A stretch of DNA of 64,000 nucleotides from Anaeramoeba ignava BMAN (lineage: Eukaryota > Protista > Anaeramoebae). Of the stretch, positions 1 through 11,253 are shown piece by piece. The DNA is taken from assembly GCA_028826165.1 (NCBI GenBank), contig JAPDFW010000053.1, positions 558,001 through 622,000 on the forward strand, given 5' to 3'. The notes under the pieces are model-generated. The model did no database searches, was not told the DNA's origin, and was given only the letters and a program-made list of their open reading frames with translations. A program made the translations under genes and the position numbers. The first letter of the stretch is position 1; each line of letters starts with the position of its first letter.

Positions 1-2
1 AT

Positions 3-1460
3 ACGCAAAAATTAAAACTTCGGATTCTTGGAGAGATTTTTGCAATTCTTTCTCTTATTATAAATCAAGATGAAGAGTTTAAAATACTCGATATTATCAA
101 GAAAAATCTTCCATTTGACACAATTTTTAGATTAAGTTTGCACAAGAAAATCAACGAGAATTTTTTTGATTCAAAAAGAACCATCGATTCAGAACAAACC
201 ACATTTGATTTTGATTCGCAAATAATGGGATTAGTACAATCATTAATCCAAGAAATTGGAAAAAGTCAAGAGGAAAAAAAAGCAAAAGATAATTTAATTA
301 ATGTTTTAATTAATTTTAATAATGAAACTCAATTCAGTTTATTTCACAATTCAATTATTCAACCAAATTACCAAAAACAAGCCAAATTTCTATTAAAAGC
401 TCTTCTGCAAATTGATTTCACTCCTCAAATATTCAAAATATTTATGGCTAATTCAGGATTCCAAATTCTTCATTTTATTGCAAAACTCAATCCTTCAAAT
501 AAAGATTCTCAAAAATCAATTCCAAACATAGTTTCCAAACTAATTGAATCTGATGCATCCCTTCATTTAGATTCAACCATCTACACAAAAATTCAGGAAG
601 AATTGTTATCTTCAGGTCTATTAAAATACTTCTGCATTTGGATAAAAAACGATGATATTTACATCTCTTCGAACATTACCAGAGTCTTATTAAATCTTGT
701 TTCAAGAAAGCAAACATACCTCACAGGTATAAATGTTGTGCATCCCCAATTCCCTATCATCGATCAAGAAGGCATCGACATAGTCTTTGTCCATGGATTA
801 AAAGGAAACTTTGTCAAAACTTGGCGAGGATGGTTTCAATCAGGAAATTTTTGGATTCAATCCTTACTTCCAAAAGACATCAATAAATCGGCAAGAATAG
901 TCTCAGTTTCTGTGAAAACTTTCCTTGGTGGTTGGGGTTCTGAAGGCGGGTCTTTACAGGATATGTCCTTAATTTTACTACAAAACTTACAAAAAGCTGG
1001 AATCGGAAAAAATCGACCAGTTATATTTGTAAGTCATTCATTAGGTGGACTTGTAGTTAAAGAACTAGTTGTTTCTGCACAGACAAAATACCCTTATTTG
1101 TTCCGCAATATTCGAGGATGCGTCTTTTATTCTACTCCTCATTTTGGAATGTCAATTTCTTCCCAATCAAAATATTTCGAATTACTTTTTGGTCCAAATT
1201 CTTCTTTGAATATTTTAACTGATAAAAACTCACTTATTTCATTAAACAAAAAATTCGGAACTTTAAAAATTCCAACTTTGAGTTTTGCTGAATCAAAAAG
1301 TATTATCCCAGGAATTATTGTTGTTTCTCCTCAAAGTGCTAATCCTGGATTTGGGAAATTTATTCTCACAAAAGAAAGTCATAGAACAATTTCCAAACAT
1401 AAATCAAGAGATGATCCAATTTATCAAGAATTAATTACTTTTATTAATGAAAATGTTTGA
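3..1460 (+). CDS. SERAC1-like alpha/beta-hydrolase (PGAP1/DUF676-type lipase domain after a helical N-terminal region), 5'-partial
   Basis: Motifs IVFVHGLKG, nucleophile elbow SHSLGGLVVK, YSTPHFG and late His (SHRTISK). The frame is open from base 3, so the TTG at 138 is not the real start. Confidence 0.8.
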   Translation, partial: TQKLKLRILGEIFAILSLIINQDEEFKILDIIKKNLPFDTIFRLSLHKKINENFFDSKRTIDSEQTTFDFDSQIMGLVQSLIQEIGKSQEEKKAKDNLINVLINFNNETQFSLFHNSIIQPNYQKQAKFLLKALLQIDFTPQIFKIFMANSGFQILHFIAKLNPSNKDSQKSIPNIVSKLIESDASLHLDSTIYTKIQEELLSSGLLKYFCIWIKNDDIYISSNITRVLLNLVSRKQTYLTGINVVHPQFPIIDQEGIDIVFVHGLKGNFVKTWRGWFQSGNFWIQSLLPKDINKSARIVSVSVKTFLGGWGSEGGSLQDMSLILLQNLQKAGIGKNRPVIFVSHSLGGLVVKELVVSAQTKYPYLFRNIRGCVFYSTPHFGMSISSQSKYFELLFGPNSSLNILTDKNSLISLNKKFGTLKIPTLSFAESKSIIPGIIVVSPQSANPGFGKFILTKESHRTISKHKSRDDPIYQELITFINENV

Positions 1461-1593
1461 GAAATTGATTTTTTTTCTTTTTGATTTATATTTAATTTAT
1501 TTTTATTTTTGTTTTATTTTTTCAATAAAATTTTTAATCATTTTTTTTTACTTACTTTTCCAAAAAAAAATAAACCTTTAAAATAAATCAAAA

Positions 1594-3529
1594 ATGGGTC
1601 AATCTCATATTCCCATTAATTTACATCTTGCTTGCTATAAAAATTCATATGAATCTGTTCAAAATGCAATTTCAAATGGTGATGATGTTAATTTCCAAAA
1701 TATTCAAAAACAAACTCCTTTACATTTTGCTTGTTTAAATCCAAATCAAAACTCAACAAATATTGATAAAAATTTCAAAATTATCAAATTACTTGTTGAA
1801 AAAGGAGCTGATATTAATGCTCAAAATGAAAGAAAAGAGACTCCTTTGCATTTACTTATTGGCAAATCAAATCCATTTGAAATTCAAATTCAAGATTCAA
1901 ACCAAAAGAGATTTGAAAATTTAATTGAAATTATTAAATTCTTTGTTGAAAAGGGAGCTGATATTAATTTAAAAAATAATAATCGAGAAACACCATTACA
2001 TTTAATTTGTCAATTCCCAAATCAAAATCAAAAATCATTTGAAATGATCAAATATTTTGTTGAAAAAGGAGCTGATATTAATTCAACATTAAGATATCAA
2101 CAAACTCCTTTACATTTTATTTGCCAAAATCATAATAAAAATCAAAAATCATTTGAAATTATCAAATATCTTGTTGAAAAAGGTGCTGATATTAATTCAA
2201 AAAATTCTCAAAATTTCATTCCTTTACATTTTATTTGCCAAAATCATAAAGATAAATCACTTCAAATTATCAACTATCTTATTGAAAAAGGAATTGATAT
2301 CAATGCTAAAACAACAGAACAAGAAACATTTCTACATTTAGTATGCAATAGATCAAATGAATTTTCATATGAAATTATCAAACTTTTTATTGAAAAAGGA
2401 ATTGATATTAATGCTAAAACAACAAGTCAACAAACATCCTTACATATACTTTTCCTGTCTATGAATCCAAATTCATTTGAAATTATTAAATTTCTTATTA
2501 AAAAAGGAGCTGATGTTAATGCTAAAACAACAAATCAAGAAACAGCTTTACATTTTGCTTGTCAAAACAGAAATTCAAATCCATTTAAAATTATTAAATT
2601 TCTTATTAAAAAAGGAGCTGATGTTAATGCTAAAACAAATTATAATAAAACACCTCTTTCTTTATTAATTCAAAGTTCAAAAAGTGATGAAAAATCAATT
2701 CAATTTTTATTAATGAATGATGCAATTTTTCCTTATTTAAATGAATCAAATCTTCAATTTCCAAAAAAATTTATTCCTTTATTATTTAAAATTTATTCAA
2801 TTAATCAAGATTTGAATAATTTATTAAAATCAAATGAAAATTTTTACAGATTTAATAATTCAATCAAATGATTCTTTTAAATTTAATGTTCATAAATTAA
2901 TTTTATTAACAAGATTTGATAATAATGAATTAATTTTATCAAAATTTATTGAAATTTGTTCTCAAAAATCAAAAGAAGAAGTTAAAAATGCTTTAAATTT
3001 CATTTATACAGGATTTTTTGATTTTGATTTATTTTTTAATCAAATTTCTTTACTTTCAAATCAAGAACAAAATCAAAATCAAGAATTTGAAGAAAAAGAA
3101 AAAGAAGAATTATTTAAAGAAAAAGAAATTGAAGAATTATTTAAAGAAATTGGAATTGATTTAAAATGGATTAATGAAAAAAAAGGAAGAAAAGGAATAA
3201 TAAAAGATTTATCCAAATTATATCAACAAAATGAAACAAAAGATTTTACAATAATTTCAGAAGAAAAAGAAATTAAAGTTCATAAATTAATATTAATAAT
3301 TAGAAGTGAATTATATAAAGGAATGTTTGAATTAAATGTTAAAGATTCATCAAATCAAGTTCATGATTATTCAAATAAATCAAATGAAACAATTCAACAA
3401 TTAATTTATTTTCTTTATAATGATGAATTTGAAAACGAAATCCCAAAAGAAATTAAAGAAGAATATTCAGATTTAAAAGATTATTATCAATTAAATCAAA
3501 ATTCAATTATTGATTTATTTTTAAATTAA
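1594..3529 (+). CDS. Ankyrin-repeat + tandem BTB/POZ protein A1 (about 10 ANK repeats)
   Basis: TPLH repeats, then DLIIQ..VHKLIL..FIYTG and KDFTII..VHKLILIIRSELYKGMF..LIYFLY. ORFs 1594-2871 and 2834-3529 join if one T is removed from the T-run at about 2841. Confidence 0.88.
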
Positions 3530-3586
3530 ATTTAAAAAAAAACAAATTTCATTTTTTTCATTTTTTCATTTTTTTCATTTTAATAA
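3530..3586 (+). promoter_or_regulatory. Conserved 57-60 bp inter-paralog spacer with tandem TCATTTT (Inr-like) motifs; also at 6647-6706, 11194-11253 and 15168-15225
   Basis: Near-identical spacer between consecutive array-A genes; the regulatory function is inferred from position. Confidence 0.5.
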
Positions 3587-6500
3587 ATGGAAGAAACAGA
3601 ATTAAATAAAGAATTATTTGAAGCTTGTAAAAATATTAATGAAAAATCACTTGAAGTTATTAAATCGATCATTTCAAAAGGAGGAGAAATTAATTCACAA
3701 ACAAAAGAACAAGAAACTTTATTACATTTAATTTGTTATAAGCAAAAATTGAATGAGTATTCAAATGAAATTATTAAATTTCTTATTGAAAAAGGAATTA
3801 AAATTAATTTACAAAATATTTACAAAGAAACTCCTTTACATTTAATTTGCCAAAATTTAAATCAATATTCATTTGAAATTATCAAATTTCTTATTTCAAA
3901 AAAAGCTGATCTTAATATTCAAAATATTTCTGAAGAAACACCTTTACATTTAATTTGTAAAAATGAAAATGAAAATTTGAATGAAATTATTAAATTATTT
4001 GTTGAAAACGGAGCAAAAATTAATATGCAAAATGAAAATCAAAATCAAAATGAAAACTTATTTGAAATTATTAAATTATTTATTGAAAACGGAGCAAAAA
4101 TTAATATGCAAAACATTTACAAAGAAACTCCTTTACATTTAATTTGCAAAAATGAAAATGAAAATGCATTTGAAATTATTAAATTTCTTGTTTCAAAAGA
4201 AGCAGATATTAATATTCTTTCAAAAGATCAAGAAACTCCATTACATTTAATTTGTAAAAATGAAAATCAAAATGAAAATTCATTTGAAACTATTAAATTT
4301 CTTGTTTCAAAAAAAGCAGATATTAATATTCAAAATAAAAAACAAGAAACTCCTTTACATTTAATTTGCCAAAATAGAAATCAAAATGAAAATTTATTTG
4401 AAATTATTAAATTTCTTGTTTCAAAAAAAGCAAATATTAATATTCAAAATGAAAAAAAAGAAACTCCTTTACATTTAATTTGCCAAAATATAAATGAAAA
4501 ATCAATTGAAATTATTAAATTTCTTATTTCAAAAAAAGCAAAAATCAATATTCAAAATATTTACAAAGAAACTCCTTTACATTTAATTTGTAAAAATCAA
4601 AATGAAAATGCATTTGAAATTATTAAATTTCTTATTTCAAAAAAAGCGAATATTAATATTCAAAATGAAAAAAAAGAAACTCTTTTACATTTAATTTGCC
4701 AAAATATAAATGAAAAATCAATTGAAATTATTAAATTTCTTGTTTCAAAAAAAGCAAAAATTAACCTTGAAGATCAAAATAAAGATACACCTTTACAAAT
4801 AGTTTGGAGAAATCAAAGATATTATCTTAAATTTGAAATTATTAAATTCTTTGTTGAAAAAGGTGCTAATATAAAGACACAAAATCAAGGCGAAACATTA
4901 CTACATTTCTTTTGTAAAGATCCAAGTCTACATTCATTGCAAACAATCAAATTTCTTGTTTCAAAAGGAATTGAAATAAATTATTCAATATCTACCTCTG
5001 AAGAAACACCACTCCATTTTTCTTGTAGAAATCCAAATGAGTTTTCATTTGAAATTATCAAATTCCTTGTTGAAAAAGGAGCTAATGTTAATGCAAAAAC
5101 AAAAGCACAAGAAAGGCCTTTGCATTTCATTTGCCGAAATATCAACAAATATTCATTTCAAATTATCAATTTTCTTGTTTCAAAAGGAGCTGATCCTACT
5201 TCTCAAACTTTTGATTTAAAAACAACTTTGCATTTTATTTGTGAAAATCCAAATGAATATTCAAATGAAATTATAAAATTTCTTGTTGAAAAAGGTGCTG
5301 ATATTAATGCTAAAACAATTTATAATCAAGAAGCAGCTTTACATTTCCTTTGCAAAAATGAAAATCATAATCAATATTCACTTGAAATTATCAAGCTTCT
5401 TGCATCAAAAGGAGCTGATCTCAATATAAAAGAATTAAATGGAGGAACTCCGTTACATTTGATTTGTAAAACAAAAAAGATTAATTCTTATTTATTTGAA
5501 ATGATCAAACATCTTGTTGAAAAAGGAGTTGATATTAATAGTAAAAATAATAAACAAGAAACACCGTTACATTTCGCTTGTCATTATCAACATTCAAATT
5601 TTCAAATTACCAATTTTCTTATTGAAAAAGGTGCTGATATTAATGCTAAAACAATCTCTCAAGAAACTCCTTTACATTTTGCTTGTCAATACTCACATGG
5701 AAATTTATTGGAAGTTGTCAAACTTCTTTTTGAAAAAGGTGCTGATATTAATGCTAAAACAAATTATAATCAAACACCTCTTTCTTTCTTAATTCAAAAA
5801 ATCAAAAATAACGAAAAAGAGGTTCAATTTTTATTAATGAATGATACAATTATTTCTTATTTAACACTATCAACTCTTTACTTCTCTATTCAATTTATTC
5901 CTTTATTATTTAAAATTTATTCAATTAATCAAGATTTGAATAATTTATTAAAATCAAATGAAAATTTTTCAGATTTAATAATTCAATCAAATGATTCATT
6001 TAAATTTAATGTTCATAAATTAATTTTATTAATAAGATTTGATAATAATGAATTAATTTTATCAAAATTTATTGAAATTTGTTCTCAAAAATCAAAAGAA
6101 GAAGTTAAAAATGCTTTAAATTTCATTTATACAGGATTTATTGATTTTGATTCATTTTTTAATCAAATTTCTTTACTTTCAAATCAAGAAAAATATCAAC
6201 AATTTGAAAAAGAAAGGAATAAATTTGAAGAAAAAGAAAAAGAAATTGAAAAATTATTTAAAGAAATTGGAATTGATTTAAAATGGATTAATGAAAAAAA
6301 AGGAAGAAAAGGGATAATAAAAGATTTATCCAAATTATATCAACAAAATGAAACAAAAGATTTTACAATAATAATTTCAAAAGATAAAGAAATTAAAGTT
6401 CATAAATTAATATTAATAATTAGAAGTGAATTATATAAAGGAATGTTTTTAAATGTTGAAGATTCATCAAATCAAGTTCATGATTATTCAAATAAATCAA

Positions 6501-6646
6501 ATGAAACAATTCAACAATTAATTTATTTTCTTTATAATGATAAATTTGAAAACGAAATTAAAGAAGAAATTAAAGAAGAATATTTAGATTTAAAAGATTA
6601 TTATCAATTAAATCAAAATTCAATTATTGATTTATTTTTAAATTAA
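3587..6646 (+). CDS. Ankyrin-repeat + tandem BTB protein A2 (intact, 1019 aa, about 20 ANK repeats)
   Basis: One uninterrupted, intronless ORF with the ANK array followed by the same BTB-BTB tail. Confidence 0.93.
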   Translation: MEETELNKELFEACKNINEKSLEVIKSIISKGGEINSQTKEQETLLHLICYKQKLNEYSNEIIKFLIEKGIKINLQNIYKETPLHLICQNLNQYSFEIIKFLISKKADLNIQNISEETPLHLICKNENENLNEIIKLFVENGAKINMQNENQNQNENLFEIIKLFIENGAKINMQNIYKETPLHLICKNENENAFEIIKFLVSKEADINILSKDQETPLHLICKNENQNENSFETIKFLVSKKADINIQNKKQETPLHLICQNRNQNENLFEIIKFLVSKKANINIQNEKKETPLHLICQNINEKSIEIIKFLISKKAKINIQNIYKETPLHLICKNQNENAFEIIKFLISKKANINIQNEKKETLLHLICQNINEKSIEIIKFLVSKKAKINLEDQNKDTPLQIVWRNQRYYLKFEIIKFFVEKGANIKTQNQGETLLHFFCKDPSLHSLQTIKFLVSKGIEINYSISTSEETPLHFSCRNPNEFSFEIIKFLVEKGANVNAKTKAQERPLHFICRNINKYSFQIINFLVSKGADPTSQTFDLKTTLHFICENPNEYSNEIIKFLVEKGADINAKTIYNQEAALHFLCKNENHNQYSLEIIKLLASKGADLNIKELNGGTPLHLICKTKKINSYLFEMIKHLVEKGVDINSKNNKQETPLHFACHYQHSNFQITNFLIEKGADINAKTISQETPLHFACQYSHGNLLEVVKLLFEKGADINAKTNYNQTPLSFLIQKIKNNEKEVQFLLMNDTIISYLTLSTLYFSIQFIPLLFKIYSINQDLNNLLKSNENFSDLIIQSNDSFKFNVHKLILLIRFDNNELILSKFIEICSQKSKEEVKNALNFIYTGFIDFDSFFNQISLLSNQEKYQQFEKERNKFEEKEKEIEKLFKEIGIDLKWINEKKGRKGIIKDLSKLYQQNETKDFTIIISKDKEIKVHKLILIIRSELYKGMFLNVEDSSNQVHDYSNKSNETIQQLIYFLYNDKFENEIKEEIKEEYLDLKDYYQLNQNSIIDLFLN

Positions 6647-6706
6647 ATTTAAAAAAAAACAAATTTCATTTTTTTCATTTTCTTTTCATTTTTTTCATTT
6701 TAATAA

Positions 6707-9700
6707 ATGGGACAAACAGAATCTAAACAAAAATTATTTGAAATTTGTGAAAATATTAATGAAAAATCACTTGAAATTATTAAAAAAATAATTAAAAAAA
6801 AACCAATAAATTTCCAAAATGATAATCAAGAAACTTTATTACATTTAATTTGCAAAAATCCAAATCAATATTCAAATGAAATTATTAAATTTCTTATTAA
6901 AAAAGGAATTAAAATTAATTTAAAAAATATTAATAAAGAAACTCCATTACATTTAATTTGCCAAAAATTAAATCAATATTCATTTGAAATTATCAAATTT
7001 ATTGTTTCAAAAAAACTGATCTTAATATTCAAAATATTTATCAAGAAACACCTTTACATTTAATTTGTAAAAGTGAAAATGAAAATTTGAATGAAATTAT
7101 CAAATTATTTATTGAAAACGGAGCAAAAATTAATATTCAAAACAATAAAAAAGAAACTTTATTACATTTAATTTGCAAAAATCCAAATCAATATTCAAAT
7201 GAAATTATCAAATTTCTTATTGAAAAAAGGAATTAAAATTAATTTACAAAAATATTAATAAAGAAACTCCATTACATTTAATTTGTAAAAATTTAAATCA
7301 ATATTCATTTGAAATTATCAAATTTTTTATTTCAAAAAAAGCTGATCTTAATATTCAAAATATTTATCAAGAAACACCTTTACATTTAATTTGTAAAAGT
7401 GAAAATGAAAATTTGAATGAAATTATTAAATTATTTATTGAAAACGGAGCAAAAATTAATATTCAAAACAATAAAAAAGAAACATTATTACATTTAATTT
7501 GCCAAAAAGAAAATCAAAACGAAATTATTAAATTTCTTATTGAAAAAGGAATTAAAATTAATTTACAAAATATTAATAAAGAAACTCCGTTACATTTAAT
7601 TTGTAAAAATTTAAATCAATATTCATTTGAAATTATCAAATTTATTGTTTCAAAAAAGGCTGATCTTAATATTCAAAATATTTATCAAGAAACACCTTTA
7701 CATTTAATTTGTAAAAGTGAAAATGAAAATTTGAATGAAATTATTAAATCATTTATTGAAAACGGAGCAAAAATTAATATTCAAAACAATAAAAAAGAAA
7801 CTTTATTACATTTAATTTGCCAAAAAGAAAATCAAAACGAAATTATTAAATTTCTTGTTGCTAAAGGAGCCAATCTTGATATTCAAAACGAAAAGGAAGA
7901 AACAATTTTACATTTATTTTGTCAAAATCAAAATTTAAATGAAAAATCAATTGAAATTATTAAATTTATTGTTGAAAATGGAGCAAATATAAACTTAAAA
8001 AATAATACACAACAAACTCCATTACATTTAATTTGTCAAAAAGAAAATTTCAATGAGCATATATTTAAGATTATTAAATTTCTTGTTTCAGAAGAAGCTG
8101 ATATTAATATTCAAAACAAAAAACAAAAAACTCCATTACATTTAATTTGTCAAAACCCAAATATAGATGAAAAATCAATTGAAATCGTCAAACTTCTTGT
8201 TGAAAACGGAACAGATCTAACGATAAAATCATATTTCAAAGAACGAACACCATTGCATTTGGCTTGCCAAAACTCAAATCCAAATTCCTTGCAAATTATC
8301 AAATATTTAATTGAAAAGGGGGCTGATATAAATTCGAAACCATCAAATCAAACAACACCATTCCATTTATTTTGCAGAAACCAAAGTTCGTTTGAATTTT
8401 TCAAATTTCTTGTTTCTAATGGAGCTGATATCAATATAAAAACAAAATACAAAAACGAAAATTCTTTACATTTTGCTTGTCAAAACGAAAGTCCAAATTC
8501 ATTTGAAATGATTAAATTTCTTATCGAGAAAGGGTTTGATGTTAATTCTCAAACATCAAATCAAGAAACACCATTGCATTATGCTTGTCAAAATTCTAAT
8601 CCAAAATTGTTTGAAATTATTATTTTTCTTGTTGAAAAAGGAGCAAATATCAATAATAAGAATTACAACAATGAAACTCCTTTACACATAATTTGCCAAA
8701 ATGAAAAGCAAAATGAAAAGTTATTTGAAATTATTAAATACTTTATTGAAAAAGGTGCTGATATGAATTTTTTCTCTGCTTTCAGAGAAACCCCTTTATA
8801 TAATCTTTGTTTACATCAAGCAAAAAACTCAAATTTATTTGAAATTATTAAATACTTTGCTGAAAAAGGAGCTGATATCAAAAAAAACAACAGAAAAACA
8901 ATTTTGCATTTAATTTGCAAATATCGGCTTGAGAATTCAATTGAAATTATCGAATTTCTTGTTGAAAAGGGGATTGATATTAATTCCAAAGGTTATCAAT
9001 CTTCAACTCCATTACATTTATTATGTGAAAATCAAAATTCACTTGAAGTTGTCAAACTTCTTGTTTCAAAAGGAGCAGATATCAATATTGGAAATGAAAG
9101 AAAAGAAGAAGCTTTGCATTTAGTTTGTAAAAATCAAAACTTAAATGAAAATTCATTTGAAATTAGCAAGTTTCTTGTTGAAAATGGTGCTGATATTAAC
9201 TCTCAAAATTTATATAAAGAAACTCCTTTACATTTAATTTGTGGAAATCAAAATCAAAATGAATATTCATTTGAAATTATTAAATTTCTTGTTTCAAAAA
9301 AAGCAAATATTAATATTCAAAATGAAAAAAAAGAAACTCCTTTACATTTAATTTGTGGAAATCAAATCCAAAATAAAACTACACTTGAAATTATCAAATT
9401 TCTTGTTGAAAAAGGTGTTGATATTGATTCAAAAACAGGAAATGAAGAAACACCTTTACATTTTATTTGTAAAAATCAAAATCAAAATCTATTTGAAATT
9501 ATCAAATTCTTTGTTGAAAAGGGAGCTGATGTTAATTCAAAAACATCAGACCAAGAAACTCCTTTACATTTTATTTGCCAAAATACAAATGAAAAATCAA
9601 TTGAAATTATTAAATTCCTTGTTGAAAAAGGAGCTGATATTAATTCAAAAACAGGATTCAAAATTGAAACTCCTTTACATTTAATTTGCCAAAATCAAAA

Positions 9701-11193
9701 TGAATATTCAATTGAAATTATTAAATATTTTGTTGAAAAGGGAGCTGATATTAATTCTAAAACATTAAACCAAGAAACACCTTTACATTTTGTTTGTTTA
9801 AACAAAAACGAAAATGAATATTCAATTGAAATTATCAAATTCCTTGTTGAAAAAGGAACTAATGTTAATTCAAAAACAAAATATACTGAAGAAACATTAT
9901 TACATATTGCTTGCCAATACCAAAAGCAAAATAGTCTTGAAACTATTAAAATTCTCATTGAAAAAGGTGCTGATATTAATTCCACAAACAAAAAACAAGA
10001 AACTCCTTTACATACTGCTTGTAAACAACCAAATTCAATTGAAATTATTAAATTATTTATTGAAAAAGGAGCTGATATTAATATACAAGGATCAAACAAA
10101 CAAACACCGTTGCATGTTGCTTGCCAATATAGTCACTCAAATTCATTTGAAAATATTAAATTTCTTGTTTCAAAAGGAGCTGATATTAATGCTAAAATAA
10201 AAACTCAAGAAACTCCTTTACATTTAGTTTGCAAATACCAAAATCAAAATTTATTGGAAATTATTAAATTTTTTATTAAAAAAGGAGTTGATATTAATTC
10301 TAAAACATATAATAATCAAACACCTCTTTCTTTATTAATTCAAAATTCAAAAAGTGATGAAAAATCAATTCAATTTTTATTAATGAATGATGCAATTTTT
10401 CCTTATTTAAATCAATCAAATCTTCAATTTCCAAAAAAATTTATTCCTTTCTTATTTAAAATTTATTCAATTAATCAAGATTTGAATAATTTATTAAAAT
10501 CAAATGAAAATTTTACAGATTTAATAATTCAATCAAATGATTCATTTAAATTTAAAGTTCATAAATTAATTTTATTAATAAGATTTGATAATAATGAATT
10601 TATTTTATCAAAATTTATTAAAATTTGTTCTCAAAAATCAAAAAGAAGAAGTTAAAAATGCTTTAAATTTCATTTATACAGGATTTATTGATTTTGATTC
10701 ATTTTTTAATCAAATTTCTTTACTTTCAAATCAAAAACAATATCAACAATTTGAAAAAGAAAAGAATAAATTTGAAGAAAAAGAAAAAGAAATTGAAAAA
10801 TTATTTAAAGAAATTGAAATTGATTTAAAATGGATTAATGAAAAAAAAGGAAGAAAAGGAATAATAAAAGATTTATCCAAATTATATCAACAAAATGAAA
10901 CAAAAGATTTTACAATAATAATTTCAAAAGAAAAAGAAATTAAAGTTCATAAATTAATATTAATAATCAGAAGTGAATTATATAAAGGAATGTTTTTAAA
11001 TGTTGAAGATTCATCAAATCAAGTTCATGATTATTCAAATAAATCAAATGAAACAATTCAACAATTAATTTATTTTCTTTATAATGATGAATTTGAAAAC
11101 GAAATTAAAGAAGAAATTAAAGAAGAATATTTAGATTTAAAAGATTATTATCAATTAAATCAAAATTCAATTATTGATTTATTTTTAAATTAA
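6707..11193 (+). CDS. Ankyrin-repeat + tandem BTB protein A3 (over 30 ANK repeats)
   Basis: Continuous ANK repeats from the ATG at 6707. Single-base indels in or beside A-runs at about 7015, 7225, 7250 and 10640 split it into several ORFs. Confidence 0.85.
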
Positions 11194-11253
11194 AATTAAA
11201 AAAAAACAAATTTCATTTTTTTCATTTTCATTTCATTTTTTTCATTTTAATAA

